Assembly: GCA_023213395.1 (NCBI GenBank)
Contig: CM041465.1
Coordinates: forward strand, 118,861,741 to 118,925,740
DNA length: 64,000 bases
Direction of reading: 5' to 3'
Origin: Cycas panzhihuaensis
Lineage: Eukaryota; Plantae; Cycadophyta
Below, piece after piece: positions 14,011 through 27,739 of this stretch (the stretch's first letter is position 1; each line of letters opens with the position of its first letter). The translations under genes and the position numbers were made by a program. Under the pieces are notes generated by a model. The model had not been told where the DNA came from and did no database searches. It was given only the letters and a program-made list of their open reading frames with translations.

Positions 14011-15103
14011 TAGAGATAAAAAGGAATTATAAGAATTGGGACACAAGTAAGAATAAGAGAATATAAATAAATAAGATTAGTAAGATAAAAGAGAATTTAT
14101 CGAATTAGGGCTAGATAGATAGAATAAGCTTACAGGAGTGGGGATTATAACTAAAAGGAAAAGAGATGTTGGGGGGAGGGTGGGCTGTTTATATCTTGTT
14201 AACCCCAACAATAAGTGAGAAAATAACCTAGTGAATTTAAATGAGTGCAAAAACCTCATTGAAATATTGTAGGTGATATTTAAATGAAATTTTTCTTACT
14301 TACAAGGCCCATGGGCATTGATTGGGTGATTTTTTCTAAAAAAGGCAGTTGTAACTAACCTAGTGTAAAATGATCAATATGACATGTAGATGAAAATAAG
14401 ATGTATGAATAAATAAGATAAATTATTTTGTTGTGGATTTTCTTTTTTATTACAAGTCTAATAGTATAGGTTTCATTAGAAACAAAGAATGATTTATTGA
14501 ACTAGCTCATTTAGACTCTTTTTTTTTTTTTTTTGTTAATATGGAGTGGACGAAAGGTAAGGGATGGTCTCAACTAGGTGTTGAATTGAGAATTTTGGTT
14601 AAATATTTAGATAGGAATAATTTAGGTTATGGTGTTTTGTATACTATTATTATATTATTACTTTATTAAGATTTGGACTATGGTTCTTGTATGTTATTAT
14701 CTTTAGGCAATACTATAACAATAGGCTCAACCCATATATATTCATATGTCCAATAACTTTAGGGATTTATTTTTGGAAGTATAATATTCTCAATAATTTT
14801 TTACTTTATTATTTTAGAAGTATAGTGGTTTAATGACTTTATATTATATAAGGAAGTACCTAATACTTGAGAATTAGGGATTACCTCATTTTGTTGGCCT
14901 CTTAATAAACTTCCCAATCATTACTATCACTCAACTTAATTTCTTAGGGTGCCAACCATAGAGGAATTTTGTACTCGCAGTTTCAATATTCATGTTGGGG
15001 TAATTGTGAAGAGTGACTTCATAGTGTTAATCACTAACTGATGTATTATAGAGGATATGTGACCAACTATGTTTCTTGTACTAGGTAAGATGAGGGAGCC
15101 TAA

Positions 15104-15400
15104 TGTTATGTTTAATGTTAATTACCCCTTATTAAAATGTGCATTGGGAGTATATGAGTCATCCACGAGCTATCATTGTATAATGGTAAGTGTTATTTTA
15201 CTTTAAATTTTATTATTATTTTATTATTTAAATTTTATCAGTTGAGGCGGGCTTCTGCCCACCTCCCAAACTATATATTTCACGGGTCAAGTCCCTGGTG
15301 TTTATCAACACCACTATCAAACAAAATTTGTTAATGTTTTTCAATATGGATTAAAATGAATTAAGAAATTTACCTACTCCACTCTATCTATGTGCTCTTA
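15104..15400 (+). repeat. 5' LTR of D
   Basis: Aligns with 24367-24652. Confidence 0.9.
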
Positions 15401-17089
15401 TCTGGTATCAAAGTAAGTGTATATAATGCATGACAACTTTATTGTTAAATATTTATTTAGTTTATAAAGTTTTATCAACAGCTTTTATATAGTTTTTATT
15501 AAATATTTGATTATTTTGACTTGTATGCTCTATTTTAATCAATATTCTCTAGATTTTTATAGCGATAGATGGCATACATAGCCTAACATTCACTTGGAGT
15601 TTTTGTATCTATGTTTCATTTAATATTTCATAAGTTTTAAAATCTTTTTTTATTATTTTTTGAGGTTTCCACCCCTTAATTGGACCTCATCAAGATGGTG
15701 CTCTCTCCACAGCAAATGAAACTACTATAAGTCACTACTTGTTGGAATCCTAAGCAAGTTAGCTTTGTAATAGAACTAATAGTTCAAGAAACTATTACTT
15801 TTGCGTAGAGATCTCCCTTCCAAAAACCTAATCACTCTTTTTATCCATTGAAACCCCTAGTGCATCTCTTGTAAACTACTCATTTTTCTTTTGTTTCTAG
15901 ACAGAGCTATCTTTGAGTAATTTTTTGCCCTCTCTAAGCCATATGACCTCTATATAGTCTGTCAACCTCCCACAGCCTGTGTAGTAATTTCTTGTCTTTT
16001 CTCTTTATTTTAATACATTCTCTAGCTTCTATGGGCCAGTTTGGGTCTACTTAGGCCCTTCAATCACATCCATAGGCTTTCTCAAATGATCTGCAAGCAT
16101 TTTCTTCCTCCTCATGTCACTAAAATTTGTTTGTTTATGTGTGGGTCACATAGCCTTAAAATCTTTTTTAAATTTTGATTATAAACCTTATTAAGGGTTA
16201 ATTAAATTATATTCCATATTCTTTAAAGTCCACCCCCCTTAGGCCCTAGTTGGTGGTCTAATTAAGCCTCCATGTGACCCTATTTTAGACAAAAGGAGGC
16301 TCAGATTTAAAAATTTATAGGTTCCTTTTAATTAATTTAGTTTTTAAAAGATTTAATTCCTTTCAATAATCTTTCAAGCCTATTAGCCCTTTCATAGGCC
16401 AGTGGGTGGTCATTTCAGCCCTCCAAGTGACTAGGGGCCTTAGCTCAAAGGGGCTTAACCCCCCCACCCCCACTTAGTTTTCTGCCTTAAAGAGGTCTTT
16501 TTACACTTTTGATTATAACTTTTGATCCATGAGTCTATTTTTTGAACGATTAGATCCATTGGAAAGATAATTTGATTATCATCTTACTAAAGCTATTTTT
16601 ATTATATTTTGAAATTATCTTATAGGGGTTTAAATTTGGTAAAGTTAGCCCTTTCATTTGGACAAAGTTTGAGAAATTTTCAATATTTTTGAGTTAGTTT
16701 ATTACTTCATTCAAGCATATTTACATGTTATTGAGTTACTAATCCATCTTTGATTATTTTCACTTGTTTTTTAGAGGCTTACACCTATTTATTACATTTT
16801 TTTAGTCAATTTTGACCTCTTGAAAGAAAGGAAGAACTTTAGAATATAATCTCATAAACTGATACTTTCTAAACCTTAAATAACTCTATTTGAAAGTTGT
16901 TATTTCAGTTTATAACTCATTAACTTTATGTTAGAGCTTATATCAAGCCTATTTTGCTCATTTAAGGGTCAACTTACTTCATTTTAAAGACATATTTCAA
17001 GTACATTAAAGGTTATCTTCTTACATCTTAAAGGGGCTTATATAAAAGTGCATTCATTACTCATGTATTTTTAATTTATTCATCCATAT

Positions 17090-17445
17090 TATTTGGGAAC
17101 ACAAAATTACACAGGTATATTCCCATCCATAGAATCTTTAACCATATAGGGAAAGTAAATAAAAAAACACATAGAATATTGATACACAGTACACATGATT
17201 TACGTGGGAAAACCCTTTTAGGAAAAAATCCCACCACAAAAGATCCTTCTAGATCACATTAATTATTCCATAATGAATTTGATATATTGAATACACAAGG
17301 TATTAAGGCTTTTATACTCTTCCAAGAGGTGTCACCCGATTAGGGTTGTGGCCCTCTATATAACTCGAACCTTTTTACTTAATCACATTAGTTAAATAAC
17401 ATTAACATTAACTTAGTGGCTTAATAATCAATTTCCATGTTAACA
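17090..17445 (-). repeat. 3' LTR of C
   Basis: Homologous to 23008-23301; ends CATGTTAACA. Confidence 0.9.
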
Positions 17446-17569
17446 CCCCCCCTTAATGTAAATGTGAGGAGCCTGCAACCTATAACAATTATGTTATCAT
17501 GAAGGTTGGCACTATCTTGCAACTTCTTTATCCTTGTCAATACATCCCTCCTCAAGGATAACATTGGTG

Positions 17570-20500
17570 AGTCCTAATCTAGTATGCATCTTTGTGAATT
17601 GATCTTCAGTAAGTGGTTTGGTGAATACATTCGCAAGCTGGAATTCACTCAGATAGTAGTCGACCTATAGCTTCCCTAACTTGATTTGTTCATAGATGTA
17701 GTGGTGCTAAATCTTGATATGCTTCGTATGTACATGAAACTCTATATTCTTCAATAGATAAATGGTACTTTAATTATCAACAAAGATAACTAGATGTCCA
17801 TTAGAAACTCTAAGAGACCTTGCAACCATACTACTTCCTTCACACTAGCACTGAGTACTTAATATTCAACCTCTATAAAAGATAGTGCTACTATCTACTG
17901 CTTCTTTGATTGCCTACTTCTTTGACTACCACAAAACAAATCTATTACCAACACCAAATAGATATCTAATAGTGGACTTTTGATCATTAGAGTCTCCTCC
18001 CCAATCAATAACTGTGTGGCCATACAACCTTATCTCTTTACCTCAATGGTATTAGAGACTAATATTGATTGTCCCCTTCAGGTATTTTACAATCTACTTC
18101 ACTACAACCAAATGAGGCTCCTAAAGATTTTACATATAGTAGGAAACTAATCAAATAGTGTAGGTGATATCTGGTTTGGTATGAGTTAAGTAGATTAGAC
18201 TCCATATCAATAGGTAATATTTCATTCCATCTATAGAGGGTTTAGTTATATCCTTCTACAATGTTGTGCCCTTTACACATGGTGTTGTAATAGGTTTGTA
18301 ATTCTGGATCCCAAACTTTTCCAATAGGTTCTTAACGTATTGTGATTACAACAACATGATCCTATCATCCATCTACTTAATGTGAATGCCCAAGAAATAG
18401 TGAAGTCTTCTAAGATCTATCATGTCAAAGGAAACTCCTAAATTAGACTTGACTTTTGCTATAGTCTTACCATAGTTATTGCTAATGATTAAATCATCTA
18501 CATACACTGCATAAGCAACTATTGAAGTCCCCTTTCTTTTCATATACAAATTCAAGATGAGTTTAGAAATCTCAAAACCTTAAGCTTTCAACTTAGCATC
18601 CATCTTCTCATACCAAGCATGCGGTGCTTATTTTAGGCCATAAATTAACATCTTTAATCAGTAAATAAGATGCTCATGGTCTTCCTTAACAAATCTTAGA
18701 GGTTGCGATATATAAATCTCCTCCTTTAGATCTCCATTAAGGAAAACAGACTTGACATCTATCTGGTGTAACTCCCAACCATAAGCATCCACAAAGGAAA
18801 TGATCAATCAAACTGTCATCATTCTAGAGAGTGATGCAAATGTCTTCTCATAGCTAATTCCTTCTTTCTGATTAAATGCTTAAGCGATAAGTATAACCTT
18901 ATACTTAGCCACCTCTACATTGGAGCAAAACTTCATCTTATAGACCCACTTGCATCCAATAAGGTTCTTTGTTAGGGGAATCAAAATGAAATCCTATGTA
19001 TCGATCTTCATCAATGAACCATACTCTTCCTCCATTACAACTCTCCATTGTGGATTTCCTTTCATCTCATTAAATGAATCAAGATCACTAGAGTTGTTGG
19101 TGTCTACCAACAAAGTTCAACTGGCATGTTGACTTCTTGTTCTTCTATCATCAATTAGGGTTTGCATTGCCATACTAGAATCTTTGATAGTCTTCCTTGC
19201 CCATAAAGGTATAAAAAGACCCATTGCTGGAGGTATTTCTTGTAATGGCTCCTCACTTTTACACATCCTACTTGGTCCTACATCCTTAGGTATTCTAGCG
19301 ATTGGCTCATCATCCTCTTCACTTGGTGATTCTAGGAATGGGAGTAGGGGGAGTAAAAGTGATCTTCTAATGATCTATCAGTATGATACGTTGATGACTC
19401 ATCAAATTTTACATCTTGACTAATCACAATCTTCTTCCCATATAGATCCCATAGTCTAGAAGCCTTATTCTGATCATTATGCCCCATGAATATGTATTTC
19501 AAACTCTTTTGATCTAATCCCTTGCAAGTATCATCTAGGATGCAGGCATATGCAATATATCTAAAGGTCCTCAAATGGCTAATGATAGGCTTCTAACTAG
19601 TCTATTTCTCTTTAAGGGTCATGTTGAGATCTACTTGAGTGGGTACCTAGTTTAAAATATAAATAGTAGTCACCACAGCCTCTGCCCAAAGCATTGATGG
19701 TAGGCTTTTAGCATGCACCATACACCTTACCATATCTATGGTGGTATAGTTTTTTCATTTAGTAACTCTACTATATTATGGGATATATGGGACTGTAAAT
19801 TTCTGCTTTATACCATGATCATAGTAGAACTGATTAAATGCATTGTTGTTGTATTCCTTGCTATTATCACTTCTTAATGATTTAATCTTTTTGTCACTTT
19901 CATTTTCCACTATCACTTTCTAATCATAGAAGTGATCAAACACATCTGACTTATTTTTGAGAATGTAAACCCATGCCTTCATGTTATAATCATCTACAAA
20001 CATAAGGGTGTAACAAGCTTCTGATATCAAAGGGTTTGGGAGAGGACCCATTATATCTGAATGTATAAGTTCCAACTTCTACTTAGCTCTCCAGACATTT
20101 TCCTAAGTAAAAGGGTAGCGATGATGCTTTCCATACATACACCCTTCACAAATACCATCTGAGTAGGAAACAGATGGCAATCCTTCCACCATCTTCAACC
20201 TCCTTAGTAGTGTCATGCTCCTATAGTTAAGGTATCCTAGGTGATTATGATAAAGTTTATTCACATCATCAGCGTTGGCAGTAAAGGCATAAGACTTCTT
20301 ATGAGATTAAAATTTCTCAAACATCTAGAAGTTATCCCTAACTTTTCCAGTAGCAATAATAATAAAGTTCTACTTCAAATCCTTAATTAGACATTTATCA
20401 TTATAAAGATCCACCTTCATGCCTTATTTGTAGATTTCTCAGGTTGAAAGAAGATTCAACTATATCTTGGGTATATAATACTCCCTAGTAAACTTACCTC

Positions 20501-21507
20501 CTACAATGGATACTTTGTTGATACCTTCCATTGATAAAACATAAGCATCTCCAAGGATAATTTTTGCGCCACTATGATTTTTGTTCATCATATCAAAGTT
20601 GTGCTTCTAGTAAGAGATATGCTTCTTGCTCTAGAGTCAAGCACCTAATCTCTCTAATCAGACTCAACTGATAAGGTTTTTTCTCTGGTGCAATGAACAA
20701 TAATACTCTTTCCTTTATCATCTTAGCTTACTTTGCACTTCTCACATCTTTGAAACAACAATTCTTCTCTCAATAACCATCCTTATTGCAGTAATTATAT
20801 TTTCTATTGAATTTCTTCTTATCTTGTGAACTTTCTTTTAACCTCTATGTGATCTTCTCCTCCTTAATGACCTCATTCCTCTGAGTCTTCATGGTTAGGG
20901 CTTGACTTTATTAAGAACCTCCAAGTATGATGTGATGTTTAAGCTTAGTATCCTCTATTAGAACTAGGTTTATAGGCCCATCAAAAGTTTCTACCTCTAT
21001 CATCTCATCTCTACTATAAATGGTCTGGAAAGTGGCGAACATAGTTGACAACTTTGTCATGATTATTGTAAACAACAATATATCATCAATCAAATTCTTC
21101 TTTAGTTCTTCTAACTTGTTCTTCAAGTCTATGATCTTATTCAGGTAGGAGTTGATATTGTTCTTATCTTTCATATGCAAAGTGAGTAAATTTAGCATCA
21201 AGGCAAGATGTCTATTTGTCTTCTTCTTCTTAAATACATTACACAGTTTTGTCTATATTTTATCTAGTTCATCTAGATTGTGAATCAAGGCTCTCTATTT
21301 TAGCACGAGTGACAATTTTAACAATCCTTCAACCATGAATTTTTTCTCCTTAAGTTAAATATGCTCTTTATGGTCTAGCAAAATTGCATCCACCTTAACC
21401 TTAATGATAACCCAGAGTTTATTCACCATTAGAATAAACTCCATATTGGCCTTCCACTTGCTAAAATTATTACCATTAAAGATAACCTTGGGCATAAGGC
21501 ACTCCAT
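17570..21507 (-). pseudogene. gag-pol of C (degenerate)
   Basis: ORFs 21355-21546 (FNGNNFSKWKANM) and 20911-21201 gag, 19332-19574 integrase C-terminus, 18373-18555 RT (VYVDDL). Confidence 0.9.
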
Positions 21508-23007
21508 CTTGAGAAATAGGCTTAAATATATGTCAAATGACACCAAAACAATTGTCTTCTAGATAAAAATGTGCCCTTATATCCTCCTTTAGCGTAGGGG
21601 CGCACTCTTGAGGGTACCAAACACTGACTATACATGTGTTAAGGTACTGACCATTTTCCCTATAAATAGCCAATAAATCCCCTTAAATAACCTCAAAAGT
21701 GTCAAAAAATGACCCTTAAGTCACTTAAAAAATGCTCCAAGAATTGAGGATGGCTCCACAAGGTAAAAATATATGGTCTCCAAGTCAAAATCACAAAAAA
21801 ATCTCCTTGATCCACACTCAAAATAGCTCAAGAATGCTCTAAATACATCACACTTATGCAATGATATGATATTTCAATGGTCTAAAGGTCACTTTTATAA
21901 AGTTTAATTGAGGGGGGATATACCAAAAGGTATATTCTCAAAGTTTGCGACTTTTTATATACCCTATGCCTTTTAACTTAAATGCACATGTTGAAAAATA
22001 AAAGACACATGGTATAAGATTATTTAATAAGTATAACATTAGTAATAATCATCAAATGATGACTTTAAAAAGCCATGTGCATGATATATGGGAGTGCAAA
22101 AGCCATAACATATACATGGCATGTGCATATTTAATCAAACTAGTGCTTAATTACTTAGGCCTACACTCTCTATACAACTGATTCATGGCTTAATTTTAGT
22201 CTAGCCACCTCTTAGGAGAGCCCAACCACATGGATAAGCACATGGCCACTGTAATCACACCCCCAACCAATGAAAATACGAAGTAGCCACCATACATAAG
22301 TGCTTAATCATCATAAATAATACCCAACCAACTCTTAAGTGAGCTAAAACACCATAAAAATAAACCAACTAGATCTCAAACATGCCCAACCATATTAATA
22401 AGCACCTAAATAGCCTCAATATGGCTATTCTAAGCTCAATTCATGCATGTGAATCTCTAATATTCTCACAAATATAAGAAAACGTCAATAAAAATAACCT
22501 TCTACTATTATGAACTCATTCCAACACTTATATTTAGATAAAAAACCACTAATATAGGCTCTAATCATGTCCACAAGTGCTATGAAGAGGTTTGATAATA
22601 AGCAATACCCAAAAACAGGCTTATTTCATCGATTTTATGATATTTTGATAAGAAGTATAATGGACTTACATGTACATAGGTGTGGTTATTCTCATAGTTA
22701 CTAAATCATCATCAGTATATGCTCTGCTCACTTGAATCAACCTTATAGATCATCAACCCACTTCAGATGGCCTCCAACGAGCTAACTCACACCACAATTA
22801 TGGCCTTCATGCCCGATTATTAACTCTAATAGACCCTTATACTCTGTTGAATAGTGATTTTAACTACTTTAACTATCACTGATATGCTATGCCTACTTCT
22901 GCATATTGCTAGAGATGATGGACCCTTAGGACAAGTCTTGGGTTTGATCTCACTACTTCACTCAATGTTAGTCTTCAACTATATAGGACCCTATGGCTTT
23001 GATACCA

Positions 23008-23301
23008 TGTTTAGGAACATGAAATCACATAGGTATATTCTCATTTTTAGAATTTTTAACCATACACAACAAGCAAATAAAAATACACACCACAAAAGGT
23101 CTTTTTAGGTCACATTGATTATTCCACAATGAATTTGATATATTGAATACACAAGGGCTTAAGGATTTTATACTCTTCCAAGAGGTGTTACCCAATTAAG
23201 GTTGTAACCCTTTGAATAACTTATACCTTTTTACTTAATGACCATAGTTAAACCATATTAACATTAACTTAATGGCTTAATAATCAACTACCATGTTAAC
23301 A
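23008..23301 (-). repeat. 5' LTR of C
   Basis: TGTTTAGGAAC...CATGTTAACA, adjacent to the PBS. Confidence 0.9.
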
Positions 23302-23686
23302 TATACATTGAAACTTATAATAGTCTTATTTTACTTATTATTGATTATTTTATCTCTTTATTTAAGTTTATTTTTAAAACATCAACTAAGGTTCCTTTTA
23401 TTGCATCTAAAAGTGCATCTAGAGTGCATCCTATTGCATGCATTTAAGATCATTCAAAGGGTATTTAGTTTCATTCTTTTTTAGAGCTTATTTTAGTCAT
23501 TTTGAAAGCTTTCATGTTTTATTTATATATTTTATTAAAAAATGTGCATTCATATAACATACATTTTATTTAAAGAGATATATATTTTATTTTATTATCA
23601 AATTATTTTATTCAATATTAAAAGAATTCTAACTTAACTAATAAGACTACATATATTTCTTGGGATTATGTATTAAAGTGTTTGTA

Positions 23687-24340
23687 ATGGAAATAAATCT
23701 TGGTGATATAGGTATACTTATATTTGATGGAACCAATTTTTAACTTTGGAGAAATTTAATGAAATCATATTTTATTGCTAATAATCTTTGGAAATTTGTG
23801 AATGATAGTTACAATGAAACTAAACAAAACTTTAAAGAAAATATGAAAAAAGACAATGAAGCATTAGCTTTAATATTTTGTGCACTAAATGACCATGCAT
23901 TCTCTAGCATAAGTGAGATAACCACATCGAAGAATGCATGGGATATTTTGGAATTGGTTTATAAGGGATCCACTATAAAACTAGAGGAAACTAAATATGT
24001 TGATGATGTTTTATATGTGAAATAGATGTTAGAGTAGGATAATAATGATGTAATTAATAATATTATATGTACCATTGACGAATCTAACAAAGTTGATGAT
24101 CACTCCAAGGTAAGAGATGAAGAACATAAAGATCCTAATAAGTCTAGACCTACTCATTCAAATCAAGTTTGGAAACCGCATGAGTCTTATATTCTAAAGA
24201 GGACATCATTACAAAGGAATCAATAAGGGATGGTAACATGGAATTCATCTACAACAAAGCAAAGGAACAAGCAACATATCTCTTTCCTAAAGTCTTTCTA
24301 AAGTACAAGTTCTATAAATTCAAAGAAAAACTTAGAGTTT
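23687..24340 (+). pseudogene. Truncated copia gag N-terminus, acidic tail and RNase H C-terminal tip of D
   Basis: MEINLGDIGILIFDGTNF*LWRNLMKSYFIANNLWKFV...TTSKNAWDILELVYKG (includes ORF 23759-24025). RNase H end SIRDGNMEFIYNKAKEQATYLFPKVFLKYKFYKFKEKLRV at ~24220-24340. Confidence 0.8.
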
Positions 24341-24366
24341 TATATAATGAACATTATGAGGGAGAA

Positions 24367-24652
24367 TATTAGGTTTAATATTCATTACCCCTTATTAAAG
24401 TGTGCATTGGGAGCATGCAAGTTTCCCATGAGCCATCATTATATAATGGTAAATACTATTTTATTTTATATTTTATTATTTAAATTTTATTGGCTGCAGC
24501 AGGCTTTCACCCACCTCCCAAACTATATATTTCATGGGTGAAGTCTCCAATGTTTATCAACACCACCGTAAAAAGAATTTTGTTAATGTTTTTTAATATG
24601 GACTAAAATAGATTAAGAAATTTACCTGCTCTACTCTCTCTTTATGTTCTCA
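24367..24652 (+). repeat. 3' LTR of D
   Basis: Follows the PPT; ends TTCTCA before the TSD. Confidence 0.9.
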
Positions 24653-25055
24653 CCTAAATATGGTTCTCTAATATACTTGAAGGTACATTGAGGCTCAATT
24701 ATATAGCTAGGTTTTATCTGAGGCTTTTATAAGTAATGTGATCTACTTTACTTCATGTACGAGTATATACCTTTATATGCTTATCATAGAATGCTAGATC
24801 CTTGTGATGTTTAAAGACCCCTAGTATAGGGTCTCTACCTAACCATTAGGGAAAGTGATGGGTAGGACCTTGACTTTTATTACCTGTTTACTACTAAATT
24901 CTCAAGAACTAAATAAATAGAATAATAAAATTAACTTGTATAAGTGAGGGTTTGAGAGTTTCACCAAGAGAAAGTGAATATTTTCCTTTTTCTTCCACTC
25001 CCCTTAATCTACTTGACCACTCTGATTAGATTTGTTACCTTGCTCTGATACCACT

Positions 25056-25455
25056 TAAGATGTGAGTTTTCCACTTTTTTCTCATACATAAAAATGATAA
25101 TGAAAAATAAGTAGGAAATACAACAGTTATATTAATATTATGAACTAATTATAAAAGTGATATATATAAATTAGCACCAAATGGATATAAAAGAAAAATA
25201 GAGAGTATTGAAGTAATAATCTCATAAGAGAAGTTAATTAATTACATAATACCCTTCTTCTATAATTAGTGGTCCTTAAATAAACAAAAGAGAGCCTTTC
25301 TCCTATAATCTTATTAGTAGGACAAATGGTCTTATATATTATTAGTGACTTTAACAAACCATGCACTAAAGTTAACACCTAACACTTAACCTCATAACAC
25401 CTTAACCATGAATGCTATCATCCTAGTTCCATTAGTTGCACATGGTCATATAATA
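25056..25455 (-). repeat. 5' LTR of E
   Basis: Adjacent to the PBS; homologous to 9271-9664. Confidence 0.85.
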
Positions 25456-25563
25456 TTTTCTATGAGTCTCACATAGTTATTTTCTAGGTCATAGATTTAG
25501 ATGATATAAAAAAAAAACTATAAGATTTGATATAGAAAATAAAGAAAAGAAAAAAATGATACA

Positions 25564-25575
25564 TATATGTATATA

Positions 25576-25616
<41 letters not shown>
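25564..25616. repeat. (TA)n microsatellite, imperfect
   Basis: TA run with two G interruptions. Confidence 0.95.
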
Positions 25617-25618
<2 letters not shown>

Positions 25619-25749
25619 CCAACTTATTTAAGTGATTAATAGAGATTGGCTCCAAATAGTCTCAAAGTGTCATTCATTGAATTGTAGACTTATACGATCA
25701 TACATATATATAATCTTGACCTGCGGGTTTAGTAGTATGTAGTTCATTA

Positions 25750-27250
25750 GCTTCATATTATTATTTATTAGATTGTAGGCTAAATTGATGTATATAAAAG
25801 AGATGTTATAGCTAGATGGAATGAGATACTAAAATCATCATTATTTGATGTCATACCCTAGGTTGATTTTTTCTAAGATGTAGAGATTTTGCATAAATGA
25901 ATTATTTTCCTTGTTGACTAATTCTTGCACTCTCTTACATCCATTTGATTATTCTTTTTAATATAAATCCTAGATTATTATTTCCATTTCTATGACACTA
26001 GTAACTCATATATATAGGGAAAATTTAAGGAATCTTAGTCCTTTTATACCTTCTTAGATTACTTAAGGTCACACTAGTAATATTATACTAATATAGGATT
26101 ATTTATTGATTCCCACATGGTTCTAGATTCACTACCTAACATACCACACTTATATAAAACCTTAGGATAGATTATTAATAATGTTATATGTATATATTTA
26201 AGGTATAATATTGATAATTTTTACTCTTCTTTTCATGAGCTTCATTGAGTTCTATTGCCAAGATAAAAAATTATTTTCTCAAATTGTTCTTTCCCAAATA
26301 TCTAGGAATATTAGGTATGATTTTACTCTTATTAATTAGACCTACTTTATATTACATCTGGTTGCTTATCATTAATTAGTTATATTTACTTTTTATTTTG
26401 TTTTATGCTATATCATGATTAAGTATTTACTTGGTTTCCTCATGTATATTGTATTACCCCTCTTAGGGATGAGATGGGACATGTTCTTTATAAAATCCTT
26501 TTTATTATGGAGATATAACTTTGTAAGTTACCCCTTCATTATGATAGTAATTATAACATAGTTTTTCCATTTTGATTTCTCTTGATTTCTATCATTTTTA
26601 ATACTTTATTATTATTTCATATATGTGGTTCTTTCCTATTAATCCACACTCTCTTCTTAGCTCCATTTAGTGTTCATTTTAACTTCACATAAGCCTATAC
26701 TCTTTTGAGCAAGCTTATGTGGGGTAAATACTAGTTGTAACCCCCTTTAAGTTAGTTATCCTGTGAGTTAAACACATGTTTATACCCCTTTAAGTAATTC
26801 TTTTAGTCAACATGAGTAATTTCTTTTATTTCTTATATATATTATCTTTTTTAATATTTTTTTACCTTGATATCAAATTTAATTATTTATTTTACCTATA
26901 CTATTATATAGATATCCTCTTGTACATATGAATTAAGGGACCATGAGTTGAAAATATATATTATAAGAGAAAATTATACTGCTTTGATGATTTTATCTTC
27001 TCTGATTACTAAAGTCTTATAACAGTAAAGTCTAGCTTTATAATAATATCTCAAAAATAGTGTAATTAATATTTGGTGGTCTAAAAATTTGACTCCACAA
27101 TATGTTTTGAGATTTCTTTTGTTCTCTTTATCCTCTTCAATTTAACTATAAATACCCTTATTACCTTCACTTTTAATAACCTCTTTTAATCATATTTAGA
27201 TAAAATGGCCTCACACTATCACCATCCCTTGCTTATTGATGCCCAAGTAA
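25750..27250 (-). pseudogene. Possible highly decayed gypsy gag-protease remnant
   Basis: Only weak motifs: knuckle-like KLCYNYYHNEG (~26530-26565) and protease-like NLGYDI (~25850). Boundaries are approximate. Confidence 0.3.
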
Positions 27251-27440
27251 GGTGCTCTCTTAGATCAAATCAACATCAATCTATTTGATTCGGTCTCTCT
27301 TTTAATTTCATTATTTATCTATTCCTCACATTGTTATCATTTCTTTTTTATCTTCTTGCTTACTTGATTTATTACTTTAGAGAGCTTATCAAGAGGCTAT
27401 ACAAATAAATAAATATATTCATAAATATATATCTTATCCT

Positions 27441-27715
27441 TGTTAGAAATATAAATTTGCTCTAATACCATATTAAAAAAAATAACATAAAATAATAATA
27501 CAAATAATGGTACCCTAAAGGTACCTTAACTTGGATTAATACCATAAGAATAATATTATAATAATAAGTCAATATAATATATTAAGTACACACTTATAAT
27601 ATACAATTTGGCTATGTGTGAGACCTACCATAAAATACCAACATCATAATAAAATTAATTTCATAAATATGCATTAAAATTTACTGTATAAAGCATGAAT
27701 TAATCTATACTAACA
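27441..27715 (-). repeat. 3' LTR of F
   Basis: TGTTAGAAATATAAATT...TAAAGGTACCTTAACTTGGATTAA...CTAACA; matches 62226-62539. Confidence 0.85.
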
Positions 27716-27739
27716 CTCTCTGATAATATACATTTAGGA

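Larger units (their letters stand above)
17090..23301 (-). mobile_element. Full-length Ty1/copia element C, nested in the leader of D
   Basis: LTRs 17090-17445 and 23008-23301 (the latter has a ~60-bp deletion). TSD CATAT/TATAC (decayed CATAC). PBS at 22996-23007, PPT rc TTAAGGGGGGG at 17446-17456, leader ~1.5 kb. Confidence 0.92.
15104..24652 (+). mobile_element. Non-autonomous copia-derived LTR element D (TR-GAG-like, ~3.3 kb of own sequence), interrupted by C
   Basis: LTRs 15104-15400 and 24367-24652. Perfect TSD CCTAA (15099-15103 and 24653-24657). PBS TGGTATCAAAGT at 15403-15414, PPT ATGAGGGAGAA ending at 24366. No PR, INT or RT. Confidence 0.9.
9271..25455 (-). mobile_element. Old Ty3/gypsy chromovirus E, interrupted by D and C
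   Basis: Diverged LTR pair 9271-9664 and 25056-25455. PBS rc TGGTATCAGAGC at 25042-25053, PPT rc CTTAGGAGAGGGGACC at 9665-9680. The TSD is poorly preserved (GTTTA/TTTTC). Confidence 0.85.
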
